The translations under genes and the position numbers were made by a program. Source: Thermoanaerobaculia bacterium (lineage in GTDB: Bacteria; Acidobacteriota; Thermoanaerobaculia; Multivoradales; UBA5704). Taken from it: a stretch of DNA of 56,818 nt. Shown piece by piece: positions 33,646-41,386 of this stretch. The notes beneath the pieces are model-generated. The model had not been told where the DNA came from. It was given only the letters and a program-made list of their open reading frames with translations, and searched no databases. Location: contig DATDGZ010000577.1 of NCBI GenBank assembly GCA_036521795.1, positions 1-56,818 of the forward strand, read 5' to 3'. The first letter of the stretch is position 1. Each line of letters starts with the position of its first letter.

Positions 33646-35508
33646 ATGCCACGTCCCGCCGTCCTCCTCGTCGAGCCGCAGGCCGCGCGCCGCAAGGAGC
33701 TTTCCCGCGGCCTTTCGTCCCTGGGTTACGAGGTCATCCCGGCGATCGACGAGCGGCAGGGGCGGCGCTTCATGCAGGAGATGGGGGAGCTGGGGCCGCC
33801 CGTGGTGGTGGCGCCGCTGGGCTTCGTGGATCCCCGCGCCGGCGCGCCAACTCCTCGCGGCGGCGTCGAGACCGGCAACGGCAGCCGGCGAACGCTGCTG
33901 CTGCTCGGCGAGCGCGAGGAAGACGGGCAGGACCTGCCGGGGGAGGTCTCCTACCTGGCGACCGGCGGCCTGGCGGCCGGCGAGCTGGTGCGGCGCGTTC
34001 ACGTGCTGCTCTTGGGGCGCGAGGTCGGCGTCGAGGCCGACTCGCAGCTGGCGTCGCTCGTCGGCGACCTCGAGCTGACGCCGTTGCTCGAGCTGCTGCG
34101 GGCGTTGCAGCGCGCCGAGGTGTCGGGCCGGCTGGTGCATGCCGCCGGCGAGGTGACGCTGATCCGCGGCCAGGTGGTGGCGGCGGCGGCCGGAGCCGCG
34201 CGCGGCCTGAAGGCTTTCTGCCGCCTGAGTCATCTCGATTCCGGGCCGGTGCGCGTGGTGCCGGCGGCCGCCGACGACGAGATCGCCCTGGGCCGCGGCG
34301 CCGGCGAGCCCGAGATCCGCGAGGACATGAAGGCGCTGATCATCCGCGCGCTCGAAGACCGGGTGCACGACGTCCCGGCGCCGCGCTCCCGGTTGCGGCT
34401 CGAGATCGGCGCCGATTTCTTCGAGCGCAGCTTCACGCCGCGCCAGAAGGAAGTGCTGGCGGCCATCCCTGCCGCGCGCACCGTCGGGCGGCTGGTCGAT
34501 GCGCTGCCGGCGACCGACGGCGAGGTGCTGAGGGCGCTGGGGGAGCTGGCCGCGATCGGAGTGGTCGAGGTCGAGGAGCCCGAGGCGGCGGTCCGGGTGG
34601 TGACCGATTCGACCTCGGACCTGCCGGAGGATCTGGCGCGCACGCATGGCATCCACGTGGTGCCGCTGCTGGTGATCTTCGGCGACCGCACCTACCATGA
34701 CGGCGTCGACCTCGGCGCGCGGGCGTTCTACGAGCGGCTGGAGACCGCGGCGGTGTCGCCGCGCACCAATCCACCGCCTCGCGGCGAATTCCTCAGGGTC
34801 TACCGCGAGGTCGCGGCGCGGCAGGACATCTTCTCGATCCACCTCTCCGAGAAGCTGTCGCAGACGGTGGTCAACGCCCGCGCGGTCGCGGAGGAGGCGC
34901 GGCCCGTGCTGGCGGCGCTGCGGCCCGCCGCGGCCGGCCGCTCGTTCGCCATCGAGGTCGCCGACAGCGACAGCATCAGCCTCGGCCTTGGCCTGCAGGC
35001 GCTGTTCGCGGCCCGCATGGCGCAGCGCGGCCTCGACCTGCCGGCCATCCGGGGCCGCATCGAGGCGATGCGCGGCCGCGTGCACGTGCTCTTCGTCGTC
35101 GACACGCTCGACTACCTGGCGCGGGGCGGCCGGATCGGCAAGGCGCGGGCGCGGATGGGCAAGGTCCTCGGCGTCAAGGCCATCCTCGGCGTCGCCGACG
35201 GCGAGGTGGTGGCGGTGGACCGCGTGCGCGGCGGGCGCGCCGCGCACCCGCGGCTGATCGAGCTGCTCGCGCAGCGCGTCGACCCTGAGCGCCCCGTGGT
35301 GGCGGCCATCGGCCACTCCAACGCGCCGATCTGGGCCGACCGCCTGCGCGCCTTGCTCGCGGAGCGCTTCCATCCCGCCGAGCTGATGGTGACCGAGATC
35401 GGACCGGTGGTGGGCACCCACTCCGGGCCTGGCACCGTCGGCGCCGCCCTCTTCCAGCCGACCGCCGAGGAGCTGCCGCTGATCGCGCCGCTCAGTGAAC
35501 CTGGCTGA
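33646..35508 (+). CDS. Three-part fusion: degenerate receiver-like N-terminus, DUF4388-like middle, DegV-family C-terminus
   Basis: Start at ATG 33646: MPRPAVLLVEPQAARRKELSRGLSSLGYEVIPA (REC-like, acidic pocket not evident). The middle is GDLELTPLLELLRALQRAEVSGRLVHAAGEVTLIRGQVV (DUF4388-like). The C-terminus is VRVVTDSTSDLPEDLARTHGIHVVPLLVIFGDRTYHDGVDL...VVDTLDYLARGGRIGKA...GPVVGTHSGPG (DegV). The 929-aa ORF from 32719 is a shadow extension overlapping the EEP gene. Confidence 0.8.
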   Translation: MPRPAVLLVEPQAARRKELSRGLSSLGYEVIPAIDERQGRRFMQEMGELGPPVVVAPLGFVDPRAGAPTPRGGVETGNGSRRTLLLLGEREEDGQDLPGEVSYLATGGLAAGELVRRVHVLLLGREVGVEADSQLASLVGDLELTPLLELLRALQRAEVSGRLVHAAGEVTLIRGQVVAAAAGAARGLKAFCRLSHLDSGPVRVVPAAADDEIALGRGAGEPEIREDMKALIIRALEDRVHDVPAPRSRLRLEIGADFFERSFTPRQKEVLAAIPAARTVGRLVDALPATDGEVLRALGELAAIGVVEVEEPEAAVRVVTDSTSDLPEDLARTHGIHVVPLLVIFGDRTYHDGVDLGARAFYERLETAAVSPRTNPPPRGEFLRVYREVAARQDIFSIHLSEKLSQTVVNARAVAEEARPVLAALRPAAAGRSFAIEVADSDSISLGLGLQALFAARMAQRGLDLPAIRGRIEAMRGRVHVLFVVDTLDYLARGGRIGKARARMGKVLGVKAILGVADGEVVAVDRVRGGRAAHPRLIELLAQRVDPERPVVAAIGHSNAPIWADRLRALLAERFHPAELMVTEIGPVVGTHSGPGTVGAALFQPTAEELPLIAPLSEPG

Positions 35509-35573
35509 TCCGCCCTCCGTTTTCGGCCCGCATCGGCCGTTTTCGCCGTAGACTGTCCGCAGGGGAGGCCGCG

Positions 35574-36047
35574 ATGTCCGACGACCGCAAGTACCGCCAG
35601 AGAGGCTACCAGGACAGCGACCGGAGCCGCTCGTCCCAGGGACCGCGCGGGCCGGAGCCGCCGCGGCCGAAGCCCGAGGGACCGCGCGGGCGCGGGCTCG
35701 GCGCTCCGACCGAGAATGTCTTCCGCTGCGCCGCCTGCGGCGCCAAGCGGTTGGTGTCGGCCGAGGCAGGCCACCCTGATTCCCTGGCCTTGGATGCCAC
35801 CTGCTCCCGCTGCGGCGCCGACCTGCACGCCTGCACCAACTGCGCGCATTTCGACACCGGCAGCCGGTGGGAGTGCCGGCGCCACGCAGAGTTGCCGGCA
35901 CGCGTCGCCAAGAAGAGCGCGCGCAACGAGTGTGGCCTGTTCCTTCCCAGGCTGGCGCAGGAGTTCGGCGCCGATCGGGACCGCCCGCAGGGGCCGGCGG
36001 GCTCCTCCGATCCGCGGGCGGCCTTCGACGCCCTGTTCAAGATCTGA
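35574..36047 (+). CDS. Zinc-ribbon protein with disordered basic N-terminus
   Basis: 157 aa. An R/G/P-rich first 45 aa, then CAACGAK...CSRCGADLHACTNCAHFD...WEC. GGGGAGG RBS. Confidence 0.6.
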   Translation: MSDDRKYRQRGYQDSDRSRSSQGPRGPEPPRPKPEGPRGRGLGAPTENVFRCAACGAKRLVSAEAGHPDSLALDATCSRCGADLHACTNCAHFDTGSRWECRRHAELPARVAKKSARNECGLFLPRLAQEFGADRDRPQGPAGSSDPRAAFDALFKI

Positions 36048-36106
36048 TCCGCCCCCCCTGCCCCTCCGCGGATCGGAGAGACCCGCCCGCCCATCATCGG
36101 TACCCC

Positions 36107-36523
36107 ATGATCCAGGTCGACGACAGCTTTGCCATTCCCGAGGAGGAGCTGACGTTTGCCACCTCGCGCAGCGGCGGCCCGGGCGGCCAGAACGTCAACA
36201 AGCTCGAGACCCGCGTCACGGTGCGCCTCGATCTGGCGTCGCCGAGCCTCGACGAGGCACGCCGCGCCCGCATCCGCGAGCGTCTCGCGACGCGCGTCTC
36301 TCGCGCCGGCGTCCTCGCGGTCACCTCTCAGCGCCATCGCACCCAGGCCGCCAACCGCGAGGCGGCGGTGGCCCGGCTGGTCGAGCTGCTGCGCGATGCG
36401 TTCGCCGAGCGCGAGCCGCGCCGTCCGACGCGCCCCGGCCGCGCCGCCCGCGCCCAGCGCCTGCGCGCCAAGCGCCTGCGCTCCCACCGCAAGCGAGAGC
36501 GGGCGGCGCCGCCGGAGGAATAG
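36107..36523 (+). CDS. arfB: Alternative ribosome-rescue factor ArfB (peptidyl-tRNA hydrolase)
   Basis: TFATSRSGGPGGQNVNKLETRVTV (GGQ) and a basic C-terminal tail RAARAQRLRAKRLRSHRKRER. Confidence 0.9.
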   Translation: MIQVDDSFAIPEEELTFATSRSGGPGGQNVNKLETRVTVRLDLASPSLDEARRARIRERLATRVSRAGVLAVTSQRHRTQAANREAAVARLVELLRDAFAEREPRRPTRPGRAARAQRLRAKRLRSHRKRERAAPPEE

Positions 36524-36524
36524 A

Positions 36525-36581
36525 GGACTGGGTCCGGTTCGCGCCCGGGGATACCCCGGCGCGAGGAAATGGACCCAGTCC
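36525..36581. terminator. Compound GC-rich hairpin between convergent arfB and PPK2 genes
   Basis: Outer arms GGACTGGGTCC (36525-36535) and GGACCCAGTCC (36571-36581). The inner stem is CGCGCCCGGGG-ata-CCCCGGCGCG. There is no clear U-tract. Confidence 0.5.
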
Positions 36582-36591
36582 GCGGCCGGAG

Positions 36592-37398
36592 CTACTCGAT
36601 CTCGACCTCGCGCAGGTCGATGGCCGGCTCACGGTAATGCAGCTGCAAGCCCTCGAGAGTCTTCACCAGCACCGAGGCGACGATCAGGTTGCGGTACCAC
36701 TTCTTGTTGGCCGGCACCACGAACCAGGGCGCCACGCTCGTCGAGGTGCGGGTGATCGCTTCCTCGTAAGCCGCCATGTAGGCGTCCCAGCGCTTGCGAT
36801 CCTCGAGGTCCGAGGCACTGAACTTCCAGCGCTTCTCGGGATCGGCGAGCCGTTCCAGCAGCCGCCGGCGCTGCTCGTCGCGGTCGATGTAGAGGAAGAA
36901 CTTGAGGACGCTGGTGCCGCTCTCGGCGAGCAGCCGCTCGAAGTCGTTGATCTGGGAGTAACGCGCCTTCCAGACCTTGGCGGGCACCAGGTCGTGGACG
37001 CGCTCGACCAGCACGGCCTCGTAGTGGCTGCGGTTGAAGATCCCGATCTCGCCGGCGGCCGGCACCTTCCGGTGGACGCGCCAGAGGAAGTCGTGTTCGA
37101 GCTCCTCCTGGCTCGGTGCCTTGAAGGCCGTCACCCTGACGCCGAGCGGGTTGACGCCCTCGAAGACGTGAGAGATGGTGCCGTCCTTGCCGCTGGTGTC
37201 CATGCCCTGCAGCACCACCAACACCCGGCGGTCCTGCTCGGCCCACAGCAGGTTCTGCTGCGCGTGCAGGCGCTGGTTGAGGTCCTCGAACGCCTTCGCG
37301 GTCCGGCGCTTGCCGCCGCTCCAGCCGGCGGTCGAGTCGGCGTCGACCCGGCGGACGCGGAACTTGCTGCCCGGCTCGACACGGTGGTGCTTGATCAT
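36592..37398 (-). CDS. Polyphosphate kinase 2 (PPK2) family protein
   Basis: Start at ATG 37398: MIKHHRVEPGSKFRV...VLVVLQGMDTSGKDGTISHV...FNRSHYE...LKFFLYIDRDEQRRRLLERL..P.KRWKFS..DL..R..WD.Y..AYE. Confidence 0.88.
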   Translation of the reverse strand: MIKHHRVEPGSKFRVRRVDADSTAGWSGGKRRTAKAFEDLNQRLHAQQNLLWAEQDRRVLVVLQGMDTSGKDGTISHVFEGVNPLGVRVTAFKAPSQEELEHDFLWRVHRKVPAAGEIGIFNRSHYEAVLVERVHDLVPAKVWKARYSQINDFERLLAESGTSVLKFFLYIDRDEQRRRLLERLADPEKRWKFSASDLEDRKRWDAYMAAYEEAITRTSTSVAPWFVVPANKKWYRNLIVASVLVKTLEGLQLHYREPAIDLREVEIE

Positions 37399-37432
37399 GG
37401 GATTCCTCGCGCCCTCGAAGGTAGCACAGCGC

Positions 37433-37494
37433 GGTAGTGTCCTAGATTGCCGGATTGCCCTTGGGAGGCAAGGGGCAATCCAGCCGGGACACCC
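37433..37494. repeat. Repeat family copy C (full imperfect palindromic unit)
   Basis: GGTAGTGTCCTAGATTGCCGGATTGCCC-ttgggaggcaag-GGGCAATCCAGCCGGGACACCC, in the PPK2/desaturase divergent intergenic region. Confidence 0.7.
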
Positions 37495-37635
37495 ACAGTG
37501 CCGATACCCTCGAGACCGTTCACTGCTATGATAGCGGCGCTCCGCCAGCCCAGGGGACGGACTTCGTGTGTCCGCCGCCGCCGGCACTGCCCATTCGGGG
37601 CCTGGCGCGCGAGAACGTCACACGGAGACATTACT

Positions 37636-38835
37636 GTGCCCGAAGCTACCGCAACACCCCGCCGCGTCAACTGGCTGAACGTCTCGTTCCTGGTGGGCAC
37701 GGCGCTCATCGCCGCCGTCGGCACCCCCTGGTACCTGGTCACGCGCGGGCTCGGCTGGCCCGAGGCGATCACCTTCGTCGGCCTGTGGCTCGTGGTGGGA
37801 GTGTCGGTGACCGGCGGCTATCACCGCCTGTTCGCCCACAAGACCTACCAGGCCGCCTGGCCGGTGCGCCTCTTCTACGTCGTCTTCGGCGCCGCGGCGC
37901 TCGAGAACTCCGTCCTCAACTGGACGGCCGACCATCGCGTCCATCATTCCGAGGTCGACCATGAGCGCGACCCCTACAACATCCAGAAAGGCTTCTGGTG
38001 GGCGCACATGGGCTGGATCTTCTTCGAGAACGAGACGCCGCCGGTCACGGTGGTGCGCGACCTGCTCGAGGACCCGCTGGTGCGCTGGCAGGCGCGCTGG
38101 TACGCGCCGATCGGCATCGGCGTCGCCTTCGGCATCCCCTTGATCGTCGGGCTGGCCACCGGCCGCGTCCTGGGCTGCCTGCTGATCGGCGGCGTGCTGC
38201 GGGTGGTGGTGAGCCATCACGGCACCTTCTTCATCAACAGCCTCTGCCACATGGTCGGCCGCCAGCCGTACAGCCGCGAGCACAGCGCCCGCGACAGCTC
38301 GGTCATGGCCGTGCTCGCCTTCGGCGAGGGCTACCACAACTACCACCACAGCTTTCCTTTCGACTACCGCAACGGCATCAAGCGCTGGCACTTCGACCCC
38401 GCCAAGTGGACCATCTACGGCCTGTCGATCGTCGGGCTCGCCGGCGACCTGCGCCGCGCCTCCGACGCCGTCATCCTGAAGGCCCGCATCGACGTCCAGT
38501 TCGAGCGCGCCAAGGAGCGGTTGGAGCGGCTGCAGAAGAACCGGCGGGTGCTGGCGGAGGCCCGCGAGAGCGTCGAGCTGCGGCTGCACGAGACCTACGC
38601 CAGGCTGCAGGCGGCGCTGCGCGAGCTGGTCGCGGCACAACGCCAGCGCCGTCCCGCGGTCTCCAAGCTGGCCCTGGAGGTGAATGCGTCGCTGGCCCAG
38701 GCCGTGACACCGGCGGCGGAGACGCCCGAGGGCCGGCTGGGAACGATCCAGCACGCTCTCGAGCAGGCACTGTGGGACTGGAAGCAGGCGTTGCGGCAGA
38801 TGAAGCGGCTGCCGGCCGCCGCCGTTGCCGCTTGA
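37636..38835 (+). CDS. Acyl-CoA (delta-9-type) fatty-acid desaturase with a coiled-coil C-terminal extension of about 100 aa
   Basis: GTG 37636 (GGAGA upstream). His boxes HRLFAH, HRVHHSEVD and HNYHHSFP, with four TM helices. The tail is LERLQKNRRVLAEARESVELRLHETYARLQAALRELVAAQ... Confidence 0.88.
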   Translation: MPEATATPRRVNWLNVSFLVGTALIAAVGTPWYLVTRGLGWPEAITFVGLWLVVGVSVTGGYHRLFAHKTYQAAWPVRLFYVVFGAAALENSVLNWTADHRVHHSEVDHERDPYNIQKGFWWAHMGWIFFENETPPVTVVRDLLEDPLVRWQARWYAPIGIGVAFGIPLIVGLATGRVLGCLLIGGVLRVVVSHHGTFFINSLCHMVGRQPYSREHSARDSSVMAVLAFGEGYHNYHHSFPFDYRNGIKRWHFDPAKWTIYGLSIVGLAGDLRRASDAVILKARIDVQFERAKERLERLQKNRRVLAEARESVELRLHETYARLQAALRELVAAQRQRRPAVSKLALEVNASLAQAVTPAAETPEGRLGTIQHALEQALWDWKQALRQMKRLPAAAVAA

Positions 38836-38945
38836 TCTTCCCGGTTCGTCATCGGCCCGCCCCCCCTGCGAGGGGGCGCTGGCGGCCTCCGGCGCGTGCC
38901 AGCGCGCCCCATCCGTAATCCATGAGAACGAAGAGAGGACCTTCC

Positions 38946-40556
38946 ATGAGCATTCCCGCGTCATCGCAACGTCCCGCCTGCCGTCCGCACGTGCCCGCTT
39001 CGATCGCCATCCCGCACCCGCGCCGCACCTCTGTCCGCCGGCTGCTGGCGCCGGCCCCGGTGCTGACGGTGCTGACCGGACTGATCGGGCTGATCGGGCT
39101 GATCGGAGCCATGGCCGGGGCGATCCCGGCAGGCGCCCAGGGGGCGCAGATGATGCCGACGCCCCCCGCCAGTCCGCCGCCGGAGGGCAAGGTGCCGCCG
39201 CCGACCGTGCAGGTGCTGGCGGATGACGTCCAGGAGACGGCCGTGTCGCTGCGCGACGCCGCCCTCAAGGGGACGCAGGCCTGGAGCCTCCTTTCCTCGC
39301 TGACCACCGAGGTCGGCCCGCGGTCCGCCGGCTCCCCGGGCGACCGCCGGGCGGTGGCCTGGGCCGTGCGCACCCTGCAGGGGCTGGGCTTCAGCAACGT
39401 GCACACCGAGAAGGTGACGGTGCCGCACTGGGTGCGCGGCGAGGAAGCCGGGGAGATCACCGCCCCCTACCCGCAGCGGGTGGCCCTGACCGCCATCGGA
39501 GGGAGCGTCGGCACGCCGGCCGCCGGCATCGAGGCGCCGGTCGTCGAGGTCGCCGGCCTGGACGCCCTCGACCATCTCGACGCCGCCAAGGTCAAGGGCA
39601 AGATCGTCTTCTTCAACACCCCGACCGACCGCACCCGGGACGGCTCGGGCTATGGCAAGGCGGTCCCCGTCCGCTCGCAAGGCCCGTCGCGCGCCGCCAA
39701 GCTCGGCGCCGTGGCGGTGGTGGTGCGCTCGATCGGCACGGACTCGAACCGCCTGCCGCACACCGGCGGCCTGCGTTACGACCAGGGCTTGCCGCGGATC
39801 CCGGCGGCGGCGCTCTCCGCTCCCGACGCCGACCTGCTGGCCGCCGAGCTCGCCGGCGGCAAGCCGGTGCGCTTCCGCCTGCGGCTGGGTGCTCGCACCC
39901 TCGCGCCGGCCGAATCGGCGAACGTGATCGGCGAGATCCCCGGGCGCGAGAAGCCGGAGGAGATCGTGCTGCTCGGCGCGCATCTCGACTCCTGGGACCT
40001 CGGTACGGGCGCCATCGACGATGGGGCCGGCTGTGCCATCGTCATCGAGGCGGCGCGGCGGATCGGCGAGCTCAAGACCCGGCCGCGCCGCACGCTGCGG
40101 GTGGTGCTCTTCGCCAACGAGGAGCTGGGCCTGTCGGGCGCCGAGGCCTATGCCAAGGCGCACGCGCAGGAGCTGCCGCGGCACGTGCTGGCACTCGAAT
40201 CCGACCTCGGGTCGGGGCGGGTCTGGCGGCTCGAATCGCGGGTCGCGGTCGAATCCATGGGCTGGATCCGCGAGCTCGATCGGCTGCTCAACCCGATCGG
40301 TGCCGGCTCGGGCACCAACAACGGCGAGGGCGGCCCCGACCTCGAGCCGCTCGGGCGCGCCGGGGTGCCGGCGGTGTCGCTGATGCAGGACGCCACGGCC
40401 TACTTCGACTTCCACCACACCGCCAACGACACCCTCGACAAGGCCAACGCCAGGGACCTCGACTACAACGTCGCCGCCTGGTCCGCGGTGGTCTACGCGG
40501 CAGCCGAGCTGCCCGGCGACTTCGGCCGGGTCACGCCTCCGCTGCCGCGCCGCTGA
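38946..40556 (+). CDS. M28-family metallopeptidase with PA domain
   Basis: Signal/TM region, GSPGDRRAVAWA, a PA-like insert, NVIGEIPG..., VLLGAHLDSWDLGTGAIDDGAGCAIVIEAARRI, FANEELGLSGA and FDFHHTANDTLD. The start is 38946 or 38922. Confidence 0.88.
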   Translation: MSIPASSQRPACRPHVPASIAIPHPRRTSVRRLLAPAPVLTVLTGLIGLIGLIGAMAGAIPAGAQGAQMMPTPPASPPPEGKVPPPTVQVLADDVQETAVSLRDAALKGTQAWSLLSSLTTEVGPRSAGSPGDRRAVAWAVRTLQGLGFSNVHTEKVTVPHWVRGEEAGEITAPYPQRVALTAIGGSVGTPAAGIEAPVVEVAGLDALDHLDAAKVKGKIVFFNTPTDRTRDGSGYGKAVPVRSQGPSRAAKLGAVAVVVRSIGTDSNRLPHTGGLRYDQGLPRIPAAALSAPDADLLAAELAGGKPVRFRLRLGARTLAPAESANVIGEIPGREKPEEIVLLGAHLDSWDLGTGAIDDGAGCAIVIEAARRIGELKTRPRRTLRVVLFANEELGLSGAEAYAKAHAQELPRHVLALESDLGSGRVWRLESRVAVESMGWIRELDRLLNPIGAGSGTNNGEGGPDLEPLGRAGVPAVSLMQDATAYFDFHHTANDTLDKANARDLDYNVAAWSAVVYAAAELPGDFGRVTPPLPRR

Positions 40557-41307
40557 GGCGGAGCAGGAGCTCCTCGGCGAGCAGCTGGTAGGCGGCGGCG
40601 CCGGTGGCGGTCGGGTCGAACTGGAAGATCGTCTGGCCGGCCCGCGGCGCCTCCGCCAGGCGCGTGTTGACGCGGATCTCGATGGCGAAGACCAGGCTGC
40701 CGAGCTCGCCGCGGATCAGGTCGATGGTCTCCCGGGTGGCGCGGGTGCGGTAGTCCACCATGGTCAGCAGCACGCCCAGCGGCCGGGTGCGCACCCCGGC
40801 GTCCCAGGCGACGCGCTGCGCCGCCGCGAGCAGGTTCGGGATGCCGGAGGCGGCCAGGAACTGCGGCACCACCGGCGCCAGGAAGGCATCGGAGGCGACG
40901 ACCGCGTTGACCGGCAGCAGCGACAGCGACGGCGGGCAGTCGAGGAAGATGAAATCGTAGGCGCCGGCGAGGGGCGCCAGCGCGGCGCGCAGCCGCCCCT
41001 CCCGGCCGCGCGAGCGGGCGAGGTCGGCATCGGCGTGCACCAGGTCGACCGAGGCGGTGACCAGGTGGAGGCCGGCGATGGCGGTCTCGCGCACCGCCTG
41101 GCCGACCGCCATGCCGCCTGCCAGCACGTCGGCGACCGAGGGCGCGAGCGCGCCGCGGTCGACGCCCAGCGACAGCGAGGCGGAAGCCTGGCTGTCGAGA
41201 TCGACCAGCAGCACGCGCTTGCCACTCCGGGCAAGGGCCGCCGACAGGTTGACCGCGGTGGTCGTCTTGCCGACGCCTCCCTTGCGGCTGATCAGGGCGA
41301 TGATCAC
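40531..41307 (-). CDS. ParA/MinD-like P-loop ATPase (orphan)
   Basis: GTG start: (M)IIALISRKGGVGKTTTAVNLSAALA (deviant Walker A), VLLVDLDSQ and DFIFLDCPPSL. It lies 79 bp downstream of the flotillin gene on the same strand. Confidence 0.88.
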   Translation of the reverse strand: MIIALISRKGGVGKTTTAVNLSAALARSGKRVLLVDLDSQASASLSLGVDRGALAPSVADVLAGGMAVGQAVRETAIAGLHLVTASVDLVHADADLARSRGREGRLRAALAPLAGAYDFIFLDCPPSLSLLPVNAVVASDAFLAPVVPQFLAASGIPNLLAAAQRVAWDAGVRTRPLGVLLTMVDYRTRATRETIDLIRGELGSLVFAIEIRVNTRLAEAPRAGQTIFQFDPTATGAAAYQLLAEELLLRLSGAAAEA

Positions 41308-41386
41308 TCGCCGCGGAATCTACCTCACCGCGGCGGTTCCCGAGTAGCCCCCGGGGTTGGCTCGATGCCGAACCGGCGCAGCCGCC

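Noticed and set aside
39083-39109. Three tandem 9-bp units (CTGATCGGG x3) that might be mistaken for a repeat array
   Set aside because: The units lie inside the M28 peptidase signal/TM region and simply encode LIGLIGLIG. There are no spacers, so this is not CRISPR-like. At most it is a slippage-prone microsatellite.
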